IMG/VR virus record: IMGVR_UViG_3300021963_000083
Location: 1 to 64,000 of that record
Origin: a virus
Reading direction: 5' to 3' (one strand)
Length of the DNA stretch: 64,000 nt
Shown: positions 46,601 to 55,965 of the stretch, piece by piece
Layout of the letters: every line of letters starts with the position of its first letter
How positions within the stretch are numbered: position 1 is the stretch's first letter
Made by a program: the position numbers and the translations under genes
The notes under the pieces: model-generated
Seen by the model: the letters and a program-made list of their open reading frames with translations, nothing else
The model's database searches: none
Told to the model about the DNA's origin: nothing

Positions 46601-48084
46601 CCAGGCTCAGAGATAGATATGGCTTCTCCATCAGGCCCATAAAAAGTATATGGTGTGCCTATTAACTGTTCTCCACCAAGAGCATCACCTCTATCGGCTC
46701 TTCCTCTACATACTAATTCTACTGTATTTTCTGCAGACTGACTACCTCTAGCATCAGAGTCTGCTTTGTCGCTGCATAAAAGGCTGTTGCCATTTATGCT
46801 GACGTCGTATATTCCGCCAATCTCACCTTCTGATATAGCTGCTACTACATAGACCTCACTACTGTCTGAGGATAGTGTATCAGCGAATACAGGTATTAGG
46901 GTTTCAGGCTTTCTAACTCCATAAATTACTGGAATAGCCTTGGCTTGTATTTGGAAATCTAAGTTGGTAAAACGATCTTCTGGAACATTGTACTTCTTTA
47001 CTTTTACACTGGCTCCAATACCTAGAACGCCTTTCTTCGATTTAATATCTTGTTTCTCTACCTGCACAACATATTTTGTGAGCATGTTAACCGAAGTTTC
47101 ACCATGAATGAAACCCTTATCGTATGCATAAATAGGTTTTAGTGCAGAGTTAGGTTGTGGCGCTCCATTAGCATCCAGCGCTCTATGTGCCGAGTCAGAA
47201 GTTACTCTTCCTTTTACCTGGGCAAAATCTGCCCAGTGGCTAGAAAGATTCCAGCTTACTCTGATAGCGCCTTCTGAGTCTTCGAACCCTACACCACTTA
47301 TGATGCCCTTGAATAGTAATACAGCTCCATCTTTTTTGGTAGTAGTATTTTGACCCACCATTATGCCATCTTTGAAATACGCTCTGTAGATAAATACTTC
47401 TCTGTTAATAAAGGAAGCATAGTCAGCTGCATTCTTATTTAAAAGAATACTAATAATTTCTTCTGAGGCTAGTTTAAGCTGAGTAGATTGAGTAGCTGTA
47501 GTTAGATTTTCGTCGATTTTTGAGACTCTTAACACATTGCCGGATCTAAACGAGGTTATGTTAACTGTAATTCCGTTACCAGAAACACCTAAGTTAGAGG
47601 CACCTTTAACAGTTACTTTGTCTCCCTCTCTAAAGCCTTCAGCGAGTAAGTCGTCTAAAGAAATTGGTGCTGCATAAGTAATGTCCCATAATGCAAGTCC
47701 AGTAATAGGATCAATACCGGCGGAGGCTATAGTAGCAGTGCCAGTAATATCTGCACCTAGACCATTCCCATCTAGTACTACTGTGGTATTAGATGGGGTT
47801 GCTCGTGTCTGCTCTTGAATAGCACCAACATTTAAAACCTTATTAGCTAGATATGTTTGTATGCCATTAGCTACGCCATCTAGACTGTTACTAGCATCAT
47901 CAAAGGATACATTTATGCTGGCATCTGTTAAGTATGTGTATCTTTGTTCAGAAGTAGAGACCTGCCCGAATTCATCCGGTCTTGAAGGTCTTTCGAACTT
48001 TATAAGATGTGCATACTGAAACGGCTCGTTATTAACAAGCATAGTTTTCAGAGCTGTCGATACTGGTCTTTCTGTTGCGCTCAT
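43633..48084 (-). CDS. baseplate hub protein (T5 pb3-like)
   Basis: LSSHWADF....GR.T, IPVIYG, A(I)SEGEI, NPA...LDYL...YGKG, C-terminal FnIII. Confidence 0.85.
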   Translation of the reverse strand: MSATERPVSTALKTMLVNNEPFQYAHLIKFERPSRPDEFGQVSTSEQRYTYLTDASINVSFDDASNSLDGVANGIQTYLANKVLNVGAIQEQTRATPSNTTVVLDGNGLGADITGTATIASAGIDPITGLALWDITYAAPISLDDLLAEGFREGDKVTVKGASNLGVSGNGITVNITSFRSGNVLRVSKIDENLTTATQSTQLKLASEEIISILLNKNAADYASFINREVFIYRAYFKDGIMVGQNTTTKKDGAVLLFKGIISGVGFEDSEGAIRVSWNLSSHWADFAQVKGRVTSDSAHRALDANGAPQPNSALKPIYAYDKGFIHGETSVNMLTKYVVQVEKQDIKSKKGVLGIGASVKVKKYNVPEDRFTNLDFQIQAKAIPVIYGVRKPETLIPVFADTLSSDSSEVYVVAAISEGEIGGIYDVSINGNSLLCSDKADSDARGSQSAENTVELVCRGRADRGDALGGEQLIGTPYTFYGPDGEAISISEPGIANYVTEWRGFNYLGTNPIVTQAPTGYGLKDGDSLRLAPPTSQQEITLDIFTGKPGQKASAQLSSLAFEEKFKIQKSYWTGSNTYEYWGPNHRLLDTAYIVGKFIIKEGETTIPEMNVVVRGKLLDCYNYDYSYIHDNKVTGESADNFVLGQTVSLYYKTGTNYDGTETLLNSNVQIIDKWTFYNPDGSENVRFRFSTPPSLMYDSNGKPLIKKFYMKSGTNTWTMNTFNYNKLGSEFSDSANRVTLGGAIVARLSSTPSTAGTYVTFNYTANNDMTYPASATKTYQIVYLNNSVYDNITGSNTFPYAIMEGSSTPTSTSLVSYYTSASYGSEATALASTSGKTINGTTGTLLIASKNTVKLPNTASSDNTFYVGDNIEITRYIAGTGKLITQSGVISAYDGTNKVAAIDGIWDFIPVASDYVRIYPKYSDRRVSINPAIQTLDYLTSQTYGKGLDYTDDLILPSFTESARKCDTRSDVTVLTSAGTPVVGDVYKYPATGNILWQGTVSSISGSYIKFTDVIGKLTNKWNSWKSWKQNEVVYNSAGSLFIVNTAGVYATAQDNTWASSPTTAPSGMTSTLTSFILTRVSGTGSATLSPTTSGNPIKGINADGQSISGYSIYDCDDVNYWRMSGWDEHAQRYVTRNQCNITLDTSLPLFDNTNALLDHFSGILRYSAGKYSLDVEEIDSYESFASLPSSNNYIGRSVLLTTDKRRYRYNESNAWELDIRTITVDDIIGKIQLSDEGTRSAFNSLTASFADPANKFEARNVSFFNSDYLKTDRNVFKKGNLSVPGITNYYNTRLLADSFLNKSRFGLSISMTIRPSGFLILAGTIIQVIYPRYDWTAPGKNFRVESVNYQPDGLVDIVAKEYDDSFYTLSNIKRVEGTGATTNPGKVIYPSTSGPTSLVATTNQYNQITLTWQNDSNTGIENMVTEIWRSTTNNLSTASIIAIVPVATGQNRYVDSITPVAGGVSSINQYYWVRYRITQQ

Positions 48085-48860
48085 GGTAATATTTCTTCCA
48101 ATGATAGAGAGAATTGATAGAGATTATCAGTATCTAGATCATACTCCATCGTATCTCCTTTTTGAATTACTCTGAATTGTGGATTTATAAAATTAATAAC
48201 AGCAGTAGCAGCTACAGCTCTTGAGATCGGAGGCTGAGTCCAGACACGTCTCTGAGTATTTAACGCTGGTGCTGTAGTTCCAGCCTGATATGTGCCGTTG
48301 TCTTCTACTCTTATTACTTTATAAGCTTTCTTGTGATTTACATCAGAAGAATCAGTAATAGTAAAGAAGTCTCCTGGACTAGGGCTTCCTGATATTGCTG
48401 AGAACCCATTTAACATAAGAGTAGGCGAACCTGCAGCAGTTGCTGATGCAACAGTTATAGCACTAAGATTGGCTAGTGTATATGCTGCGAAGGTAGCATT
48501 CTTCGGTTTAGCGTGCTGTGGTAAAATAACATAAAAAGGGTTTAATCTTCCTCTGCGACTCTCAAGAAATGAACCTACAGGATCAAACTCATCACGAGTT
48601 AGTGGATTGTAAGATATATCGAAGGACCACTTATGATAACTGGGAGAGGCGGTTACGCCCCTCCCACTTATTGTTCTTGACACCTGTGTAGTGTTATCTG
48701 ATGTAAACTTTACTTTAGTAAAGCCAGGACCAGCTACGCCGTCCGTAACTTTAGTAGACGTTGTGCTAAATTGAGAGCTATTACTAAAAGTAGCTCCTGC
48801 GCTATTGATACCAAAGTTTGGATCTGGTAACAAGTCTGAAAAGTTTGTAAAAGTTGCCAT
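48081..48860 (-). CDS. distal tail protein (T5 pb9-like)
   Basis: LPDP...GPGF, W.F.ISYNPLTR.EF, YQFSLSLEE; synteny. Confidence 0.85.
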   Translation of the reverse strand: MATFTNFSDLLPDPNFGINSAGATFSNSSQFSTTSTKVTDGVAGPGFTKVKFTSDNTTQVSRTISGRGVTASPSYHKWSFDISYNPLTRDEFDPVGSFLESRRGRLNPFYVILPQHAKPKNATFAAYTLANLSAITVASATAAGSPTLMLNGFSAISGSPSPGDFFTITDSSDVNHKKAYKVIRVEDNGTYQAGTTAPALNTQRRVWTQPPISRAVAATAVINFINPQFRVIQKGDTMEYDLDTDNLYQFSLSLEEILP

Positions 48861-51800
48861 TAGAGTTTCCCTACTGAAGGACGAGTATAAACATTAACGT
48901 TTACATCTTCCATGAATGTCTTGCCACTAGCATTGGCTGCTTCGCGTAGCATCTTGATTATGTTACCCTTCTGACTTACAAGAACATCTTGGATGCCTTG
49001 TGAGTCGATAGCATTGATGGAGAAGTTGGCATTGATTGGCGATCCGCCTCCAACATCATTAGCTGGTGTTACTGAGATTGGAGTTTCTGGAGTAATAACT
49101 TCAGGACCCTTCTCACCAACAACGAAGCCTCGGTTTCCATATCCTCTCATTAGCTCACCACCGTAAGCCGAGCCTACTGTGCGATAATTTGAGGCATTTG
49201 AGCCTGTGCCCTGTGAGCCACGTAGATAAGCTACTTCTCCGCCTGCGCTAGCATTTGGACCCTTAGCTAAGTCTACTGTATCTGAGCGCTTGCCTATTGA
49301 TAGTGATGTTGGCATAGATGCTGCTTTTGGAGTATAGCTGCTTTCGTATTGAGTACCAGAAATAATCGCTATCTGAGCAAGACCCATAGCACCTATCATA
49401 CCTGCTAATATAGCTGCTGCAATAGGACCTACTTGTGCTGATGAAGCAAGAGCCCCAGCCACACCAGCTGCTGTTGACATAACTGCTTGTGCCATCATTA
49501 GCTTTTTGTTAGTATTGAACTGCTTTCTAGCTATTCCGTCCTTTTTCTTTTCTAGAGCATCTAATTTGGCCACGCTAGCGGCCGATTTACCATCTCTCTT
49601 TTCTTCTGCCGATATTTCTTTGTCTATGTTCTCTATCTTAGCTTTGGAAGTAGCATTTAGTATGCTCATTACTCCACCAATAACAGAAGATATAGCAGAA
49701 GCTACAGCGGCTACCTTATCGCCGGCACTAGCACCTGCGTCAGCTAATACGGCGAAAGTATCTTGGAAAGAATTGGAAATATTGACAGCGGACTGACCTA
49801 TCGCCAGTACTATCTCTCCTTGCGGACCAAGGGCCTGTAATGACTCTTTCATTTGATTAACGAAAGCTCCGAGTCCTTCGGTAACAAATTCCGTTCTAGT
49901 CATTAGCCCGTCTTTTACATCAGCAGCCATGTTTCTTACATTATTATACATGGAGATTAAGCCGTCGGGAGACTTTAATCCTTTTTCCATTGCTTTCTGT
50001 AAGTTTATACCTAAAGTATCTAAAGCCTTCTGTACAGTATCTACAGCATTAGTTTCGGCTCTATCTATAGACTCGTTAGTAACTTTGCCTAGCCTTGTAC
50101 TGGCGTCTTTAAATGTAGCTATCTGAGTATCTACAGCGGCAAGTCTTGCAGTTAGACCTTCTACTGAATCCTGCTGTGCGGTAACTACTATATCACCAGG
50201 AGCTTTTGTGCCTGCGGCAGCGGTAGTTGCTGCTGGAGCCTCTGCTTTCTTTGTTTTTGCTGCTGCTAGTTTATCCGCTATATCTTTTCTTTCGTCGGCT
50301 AATACCTTGGATCTACTTTCTATATCTGCTAGCATAGTATCTCGTTTAGCTTTTAGAAGAGCAAATTCTAGACGAATTATAGCTATTTTACCTTCGGCCT
50401 CTGCCTTTGCAATATCAAAAGCATCCTGAGCAGCCTGGACTTGTCTACGATACTGTACAGCTTCGGTATTTTCTATGCCCTTTCTCTTGGCCATGAGATC
50501 GAATACTGCGAGATTGTAGTCTTTCTGGGCCTTTATAGCCTCTGTAGCAGCCGATACTATTTGCTGCTCTATATTTAGAACTTCTTTCTTAAAATTTAGT
50601 CTATCTTCTTCGTTCTTAAAAGCGGCTAAAGCTATTCTCTGGCCTCTTTCTTCTACATCGACTAATGCGTCTGCGGCATCGTATCTTTCTTTTTCTATAT
50701 CACGAAGATTAGTATAATACTTTACTTGAGAGGAATTTCCACGTCCAGTCGCTCTCTTTATTTCCTGATCTAGAATCTGCTGTCTAATGTCCCACTCTTC
50801 TGACAGAGAGTCTCTCTTTTGCCGAGCAATTCTACCAATGTTGTCCAATTCTCTGGCGGTACTGTCATTAGCCATAGTTAGTAGACTTAAGGACTCTGCT
50901 TCTGACTTGGTTATGCTATCTTTTACCGCTCTAGTTTCTCTTTGTATTGCTAAAGACTCTCTTTCGTTTTCTAAGTCTTTAATTTTACTTGCTACTGACC
51001 TCTCCAGGGCCGAATTGCCTTGCATTAGTGCGGCGGTTATTTGCTTTTGTAGTGCTACGCTCTGTGCGTCTCCTACTCTTAGTTCATCCTTCTTATCTGA
51101 TATAGCGTCCGTTAATCTTTGCTGCTCTTTATTATAGTTTAATTTGGCCTGCTCCAAGCTAACTATTTTACCTTCTGCAGCTGCGACAGCTACAGCTTTT
51201 TTAGGGTCATTACTGTCAGTCTTAACTTGAGTACGTAATATAGAAAGTTGATCCTCTATATTTTGTTTCTCTTTTTCTGCTGTTATGTCCTTTAAGCTTT
51301 TAAGAAGTTCTAGAGTATCCTCTAGCTCTTTTAGTCTATTTCTCTGTTTTTGTAGATCAATATCCAAAAAGCTTTTTTGTATTTTTAGCTGCTCTACTTG
51401 TAGCGCGATGATTGCATTCTCAGCTTTCATCTGTCTAGCAACATCGTCTCCGGTTACGATACCCTGCTTTTGTATAACGTTTAACTGCGCCTGAGCTATT
51501 GCTAAGTTACCTTGAGCTAATATACTTTGTTCTTGAGCGTTTGCTAATAACTTATTATAATCCTGTACCTGCTTTGAGATTAGAGGAGTTATAGCCGTCA
51601 TTATCTTTGAGCGTTTGTCCTCAACTGGCCCTATTTGATTAGCTAAAGCACTGTACTCTTTCGTTCCCTCATTATACTTAGCTTGTTCTGCCTTTAGATT
51701 TTGTAGTTTAAGATCTACGTCATCAAATACAGATAAATTAGCTTGTACATCTAATGAGAAAATGTTTCTTGCATCGCCCTTAAATCCTGTGAGAGTTTCA

Positions 51801-54169
51801 GATAATCTCTTATTAAGATCAGTAGTTGATGTGCCTATAGATCCTGAATCTTCAATTGCCGCATTTACTTCTCTGAAAGAAGTCTTGAACGACTTGAATT
51901 TATCTATGATCGTATCATAAGCGGTTGTAGGAGTTATGCTCTTAATAAAGTCGGTATAGCCAGTATTAATACCAGATATAGATTTAGATAGAGAGTCAAA
52001 TCCTGATTCTATTCTTTTTAATGCAGTACTTGTTATACCAGCTTGTTGTGCTATGGCAGCTAGTTTTTTATCTGTATCGAGCTTATTGAACTTCTCTGCA
52101 CCCCCTTGAGCAGCATAAAATGCTTTAGCTACTCCAGGTAGTTGTTTCTCTAAATTATCTAGATACTGTGCGCCTGCTTCTGCATCATTCGACAGGTATA
52201 ATCCACTAGCCTCGTTTTGGAAAGCTTGAGCTGCTTGTGTGCTTGAGGATACGCCGAGTCTGTTCGCGTTATTTAGAAGTTTTTGCTTATTCTGTAAATT
52301 TCTAACTTCCTCAGCATCACCTTTATTAGTGGCTTCTATCAGCTTCTTTTGTAACTCTAATCTTTCATTTACCTTCTCTTTTGCTGAGGAGTCTTCCTTT
52401 TCTGATTTTCGTCTAGCCTCATAAACAGCTACGTATGCGTCGGCTAGTTCATAGATTGTAGCTGATTGGTTTTTAACTGCAGCTACGGCTCTATCAGCCG
52501 CGCTAGCTGTGCTTGCTTCTATTTTCTTTAATCCATCTATTTTTTTAGAAGTAGAATCTAGTACAGTATTGAATTCTTCGAAGGCTTTAATTGTATCTTC
52601 TGTTTGTCCGGTTAGTTTGTTAAATAACGGTCTTCCTATAAATTCCCAGAGTATACTTACAACGGCAATAACTTGACCTATTACTGGAAGGAAGTTTAAG
52701 AATCCAATTGCGGCTACTTTACCGGCCGCAGCTATACCCTTACCAGTAGCTGTGGCTGTATTAAGTAAGCCTTTTAATGATTTTTCTGAAGTCTTAGCTG
52801 CATTATAATTGACTGTAAACGAGTTACTTAGTGCTCTTACTGTTTCACCTAATTTTTGCTTACTATTAGCTAAGCCCACTCCCTCCGAGGCTGCGAAGCC
52901 CTGTGCTTTAGCTTCTTCAAGTAATACTTTCGACTGAGTTTTCTGTATTGACTCTAAACTTTTTCTTCTAGCTATTTCAGCTTCTTGTACTTTCTCTTTA
53001 TTTTTAGCATTTCTATCCATCGAAGCTTTTTCTCTGGCTTCGGACTCTTCTCTGGCAGCCTTATACTGCTCCGTAGTAGCCTGACCCTGCTTAGCGGCAA
53101 GTATATAGTCATTAATAGCTTTTCTTTTACCGCCAGCTAGTGTTTTCTGTCCTTCTAATTCTGTTACGGCGGCTTTCTTATTATTTTCCGCTGCCTTTAA
53201 AGCTGTCTTAGATGCGTCCTGCAATCCAGGAATAATTTGTCCACGTATACTACTTACGAATAGAGTAGAGAATCCAAGTAGTATCATCTGACTAGAGGAT
53301 AAGAAAGATACTAATGGTTTTAGTAGAACATTTATTATGCCTAATCCTGATTTTATTAAGTTATCAAATGTTGATGCTAACTGGTTATATGGATTTGGGT
53401 CTACTTCTTCTGCTAATCCACCGAATTTTAAAGTACCCTGCTCAACCCAAGCATTTAGTAGTGCTTGTTGTTTTTGCATTTGAGTCATACTGCCAGCAGT
53501 TATATTATTCTGTCTAGCATACTTTTCGGAAGCTTCTGTTATCTTGGTGGTTAATCCAAGTTCGTCGACTAGTTCTGGCTCCATCTTAGTGACGGCTAGT
53601 ATCATACGATTTAACGAATCCGGAACATCTCTACCGAGGGCTAATGAGGCTTCATAAGCTACTTTTGTAAGTTTTTCTAAATCGGCTGAGCTTATACCTG
53701 AGGTGGAACCTTGTGCTGTAGCTCTCATAGCTTCGGTCGTACTGATTGAGTCTTTTGTTATATCTTTTAGTCTTGAACTAAGTACACTAAGTGTCTTACC
53801 AGTTCTTGCTCCTTGAGCTTCTAATCCTTGTAATAAAGATTCTGCTTGTGCTGCATTATTTAATGCACTAAAAGCGGCCGACACGGCGAAGGCGTTCGCT
53901 GCAAGTGCTGCGTATGCGCCAACTAAACCATTATTCCCATCTCCGATAGTCTGGCTTAATTTAGCGAAACTTTTAGTAGAATTAGCAGTACCAATTATAC
54001 CTTTATTCTGCTTAGAATAGTGATCGTCCGCCTGCTTTCCAGCAGCAACTTGTGCGTTGCCTAAGCCAGTTACAGCTTTACCAGCTTTATTGATTTGCTT
54101 TTCAGCTAATGCTAAGGATCCGTCTTCACGGACCTTGAATGTCATTGTAAATGTTGCGTCGTTAGCCAT
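48860..54169 (-). CDS. tape measure protein (T5 pb2-like), 1769 aa
   Basis: Ala/Lys/Glu-rich helical protein with LVGAYAALAANAFAVSAAF, EPELVDELG, TM segments and VGEKGPE. Confidence 0.93.
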   Translation of the reverse strand: MANDATFTMTFKVREDGSLALAEKQINKAGKAVTGLGNAQVAAGKQADDHYSKQNKGIIGTANSTKSFAKLSQTIGDGNNGLVGAYAALAANAFAVSAAFSALNNAAQAESLLQGLEAQGARTGKTLSVLSSRLKDITKDSISTTEAMRATAQGSTSGISSADLEKLTKVAYEASLALGRDVPDSLNRMILAVTKMEPELVDELGLTTKITEASEKYARQNNITAGSMTQMQKQQALLNAWVEQGTLKFGGLAEEVDPNPYNQLASTFDNLIKSGLGIINVLLKPLVSFLSSSQMILLGFSTLFVSSIRGQIIPGLQDASKTALKAAENNKKAAVTELEGQKTLAGGKRKAINDYILAAKQGQATTEQYKAAREESEAREKASMDRNAKNKEKVQEAEIARRKSLESIQKTQSKVLLEEAKAQGFAASEGVGLANSKQKLGETVRALSNSFTVNYNAAKTSEKSLKGLLNTATATGKGIAAAGKVAAIGFLNFLPVIGQVIAVVSILWEFIGRPLFNKLTGQTEDTIKAFEEFNTVLDSTSKKIDGLKKIEASTASAADRAVAAVKNQSATIYELADAYVAVYEARRKSEKEDSSAKEKVNERLELQKKLIEATNKGDAEEVRNLQNKQKLLNNANRLGVSSSTQAAQAFQNEASGLYLSNDAEAGAQYLDNLEKQLPGVAKAFYAAQGGAEKFNKLDTDKKLAAIAQQAGITSTALKRIESGFDSLSKSISGINTGYTDFIKSITPTTAYDTIIDKFKSFKTSFREVNAAIEDSGSIGTSTTDLNKRLSETLTGFKGDARNIFSLDVQANLSVFDDVDLKLQNLKAEQAKYNEGTKEYSALANQIGPVEDKRSKIMTAITPLISKQVQDYNKLLANAQEQSILAQGNLAIAQAQLNVIQKQGIVTGDDVARQMKAENAIIALQVEQLKIQKSFLDIDLQKQRNRLKELEDTLELLKSLKDITAEKEKQNIEDQLSILRTQVKTDSNDPKKAVAVAAAEGKIVSLEQAKLNYNKEQQRLTDAISDKKDELRVGDAQSVALQKQITAALMQGNSALERSVASKIKDLENERESLAIQRETRAVKDSITKSEAESLSLLTMANDSTARELDNIGRIARQKRDSLSEEWDIRQQILDQEIKRATGRGNSSQVKYYTNLRDIEKERYDAADALVDVEERGQRIALAAFKNEEDRLNFKKEVLNIEQQIVSAATEAIKAQKDYNLAVFDLMAKRKGIENTEAVQYRRQVQAAQDAFDIAKAEAEGKIAIIRLEFALLKAKRDTMLADIESRSKVLADERKDIADKLAAAKTKKAEAPAATTAAAGTKAPGDIVVTAQQDSVEGLTARLAAVDTQIATFKDASTRLGKVTNESIDRAETNAVDTVQKALDTLGINLQKAMEKGLKSPDGLISMYNNVRNMAADVKDGLMTRTEFVTEGLGAFVNQMKESLQALGPQGEIVLAIGQSAVNISNSFQDTFAVLADAGASAGDKVAAVASAISSVIGGVMSILNATSKAKIENIDKEISAEEKRDGKSAASVAKLDALEKKKDGIARKQFNTNKKLMMAQAVMSTAAGVAGALASSAQVGPIAAAILAGMIGAMGLAQIAIISGTQYESSYTPKAASMPTSLSIGKRSDTVDLAKGPNASAGGEVAYLRGSQGTGSNASNYRTVGSAYGGELMRGYGNRGFVVGEKGPEVITPETPISVTPANDVGGGSPINANFSINAIDSQGIQDVLVSQKGNIIKMLREAANASGKTFMEDVNVNVYTRPSVGKL

Positions 54170-54555
54170 TTCCCTTCTTTTTGACGGAATCCCGTGCTTT
54201 TTTCATTTGCTCTGCCGATCTCTGTATTAAATGAGCATCAAGGCGAACTAGAGCTTCTAGAAAAATATCTTTCTCTGTTACCCCGACTACATCCATGTGT
54301 AGTGGTAATGATGTATAATCTTTACCCATATAACCTATATCGGGGTAAACTCTATCGCCGAGCCTGTTAAAGACTTCGATTGCTTGCTGCAATGGTATCG
54401 GGAAATCTCCGTATTCAGGAGGACATTTATCTTCGGAAGGATCCTGACCCATCTGGTCACAGAGGGTCAGGTATTTATCCTTCGTCATCCCGATATCAAG
54501 GTTCTTGTGCCACTTTTCCAGCCTTTCCCACATCTGCTCCCTTTGTTCCTGAACG
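54162..54555 (-). CDS. tail assembly chaperone, second frame (T5 p138-like)
   Basis: MTKDKYL.LC.QMGQDP...CP, GYMGKD; +1 frame relative to the upstream chaperone. Confidence 0.8.
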
Positions 54556-54948
54556 AAAGTTCTCAAGATCGAACACCGTATCATTTACCCAGGTATCAAA
54601 CTCTGATGAGTTAGTAACTAGTAGCTTGGCGTTGTCTTGTGAGTAAGGAAGGAGATCTTCTGGATTAACTGAAGATAAGTTAACTAGAATGAAGTCTTCG
54701 AGATACTTATACTTAAATCCTTTCCAGTTCTTGATTGTAGCCTTAGTGAACTCTGAAATGAATTTTTCTTCATTTAGTTCTTCTACTGGCTTACGTGTAG
54801 CCTTATCATATTTAGTAATTAGGCAGCGCTTACGTAGCGCTGTTAATTCTGGGCGAGAGAGGTTTACTACCTCTACTTCGAAGCCTTCGTAGCCTGGATA
54901 TTCTACCCACGCTGACTTTGTATCGACCATTAGTTCACTTAAATTCAT
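54496..54948 (-). CDS. tail assembly chaperone (T5 p139-like)
   Basis: K.AWVEYPG..GF.V....LSR, WKG, NS.EFDTWV...DLENFR. Confidence 0.88.
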   Translation of the reverse strand: MNLSELMVDTKSAWVEYPGYEGFEVEVVNLSRPELTALRKRCLITKYDKATRKPVEELNEEKFISEFTKATIKNWKGFKYKYLEDFILVNLSSVNPEDLLPYSQDNAKLLVTNSSEFDTWVNDTVFDLENFRSGTKGADVGKAGKVAQEP

Positions 54949-55872
54949 TTATGCTCCTTTGTAAAGAGGTTTTACAATTGTTGAGTTGGAATTGAGTCTA
55001 AAATCGTAGACTCTGTTAATAAGCTCCTCAAAATTCAATCTTCTTGTAAATACTGTAGAAGGTAAGTTGAATTGTAATATTGGAGTTGTTGTTGAATATG
55101 ACTGCTCGTATATTTCTATATTAACGGCTGCAGTCGTACTTGAATCTGATATTGAATCTACGTTATCAGACGTAATAAATTGAGTTACTGAACCAGAGAA
55201 AGTTCTTTTCTCTAATACATATGAAGTAAGATATTTAATAGTATTCTCTGCTAGAGACTCCTGTAAGGTGTTCCCATCGTACCATTTTATATCATTTTTT
55301 AAATCCATGTTAATGGACGCTATACTATCTAATACTGTACCACCTATTGTGACTCTCATAGTATCAATAGTAGCGTACTTATTGCCTACTCCATATGTTG
55401 GAGTAAATACTGTGCCTGGTATTGCTGTTGGTACATTTCCATGCTTAGAAATCTTAGACGCAGTACCAGAAACTGACATAGTTATAACAGATCTCATTTC
55501 TAAATTAAAAGTAATGGATTCTATAACGCACTTAGCAATCTTATATATAACATTGTCCGATTCTATATACATATCGAAATTAGTTATAGTGCCAGTACTA
55601 TATTCTCTAGCTAATGTTAACACTATTGGTGTTGTAGTAATATTTAATACAGGAGTAGTAAAACTAAAATTGGCCACATTAGCACTATTAACTACAGCGT
55701 ATTCATGTAGAGATGTTTGGCTGTGCAGTGTTTTTCTAGGGGCGCTTTGCTCGTCAAATGTCTGAGAAGCACTAATGTCGGAATATATTTCTATAGAGTG
55801 CTTATTGGTAGCAGTACCAGTAGCATCTAACTCTACAATATACAGTTTTGCGTTTTTCTTAAGGTTGTACAT
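54949..55872 (-). CDS. baseplate tube / minor tail protein (T5 p140-like)
   Basis: SQTF.E....RKTLH, ANFSF; size and position after the tail tube gene. Confidence 0.8.
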   Translation of the reverse strand: MYNLKKNAKLYIVELDATGTATNKHSIEIYSDISASQTFDEQSAPRKTLHSQTSLHEYAVVNSANVANFSFTTPVLNITTTPIVLTLAREYSTGTITNFDMYIESDNVIYKIAKCVIESITFNLEMRSVITMSVSGTASKISKHGNVPTAIPGTVFTPTYGVGNKYATIDTMRVTIGGTVLDSIASINMDLKNDIKWYDGNTLQESLAENTIKYLTSYVLEKRTFSGSVTQFITSDNVDSISDSSTTAAVNIEIYEQSYSTTTPILQFNLPSTVFTRRLNFEELINRVYDFRLNSNSTIVKPLYKGA

Positions 55873-55923
55873 ATCTTACACGAAGGGGGAGCAAAATTTC
55901 TTCTGCTCCCCCGAGTTTCTATA

Positions 55924-55952
55924 ATTATAGAATGGTTGGTCCTTAATGTCAA
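55924..55952 (-). promoter_or_regulatory. consensus promoter for the tail-tip operon
   Basis: TTGACA (55952-55947), 17 nt, TATAAT (55929-55924). Confidence 0.85.
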
Positions 55953-55965
55953 GAACTATTTTTTA

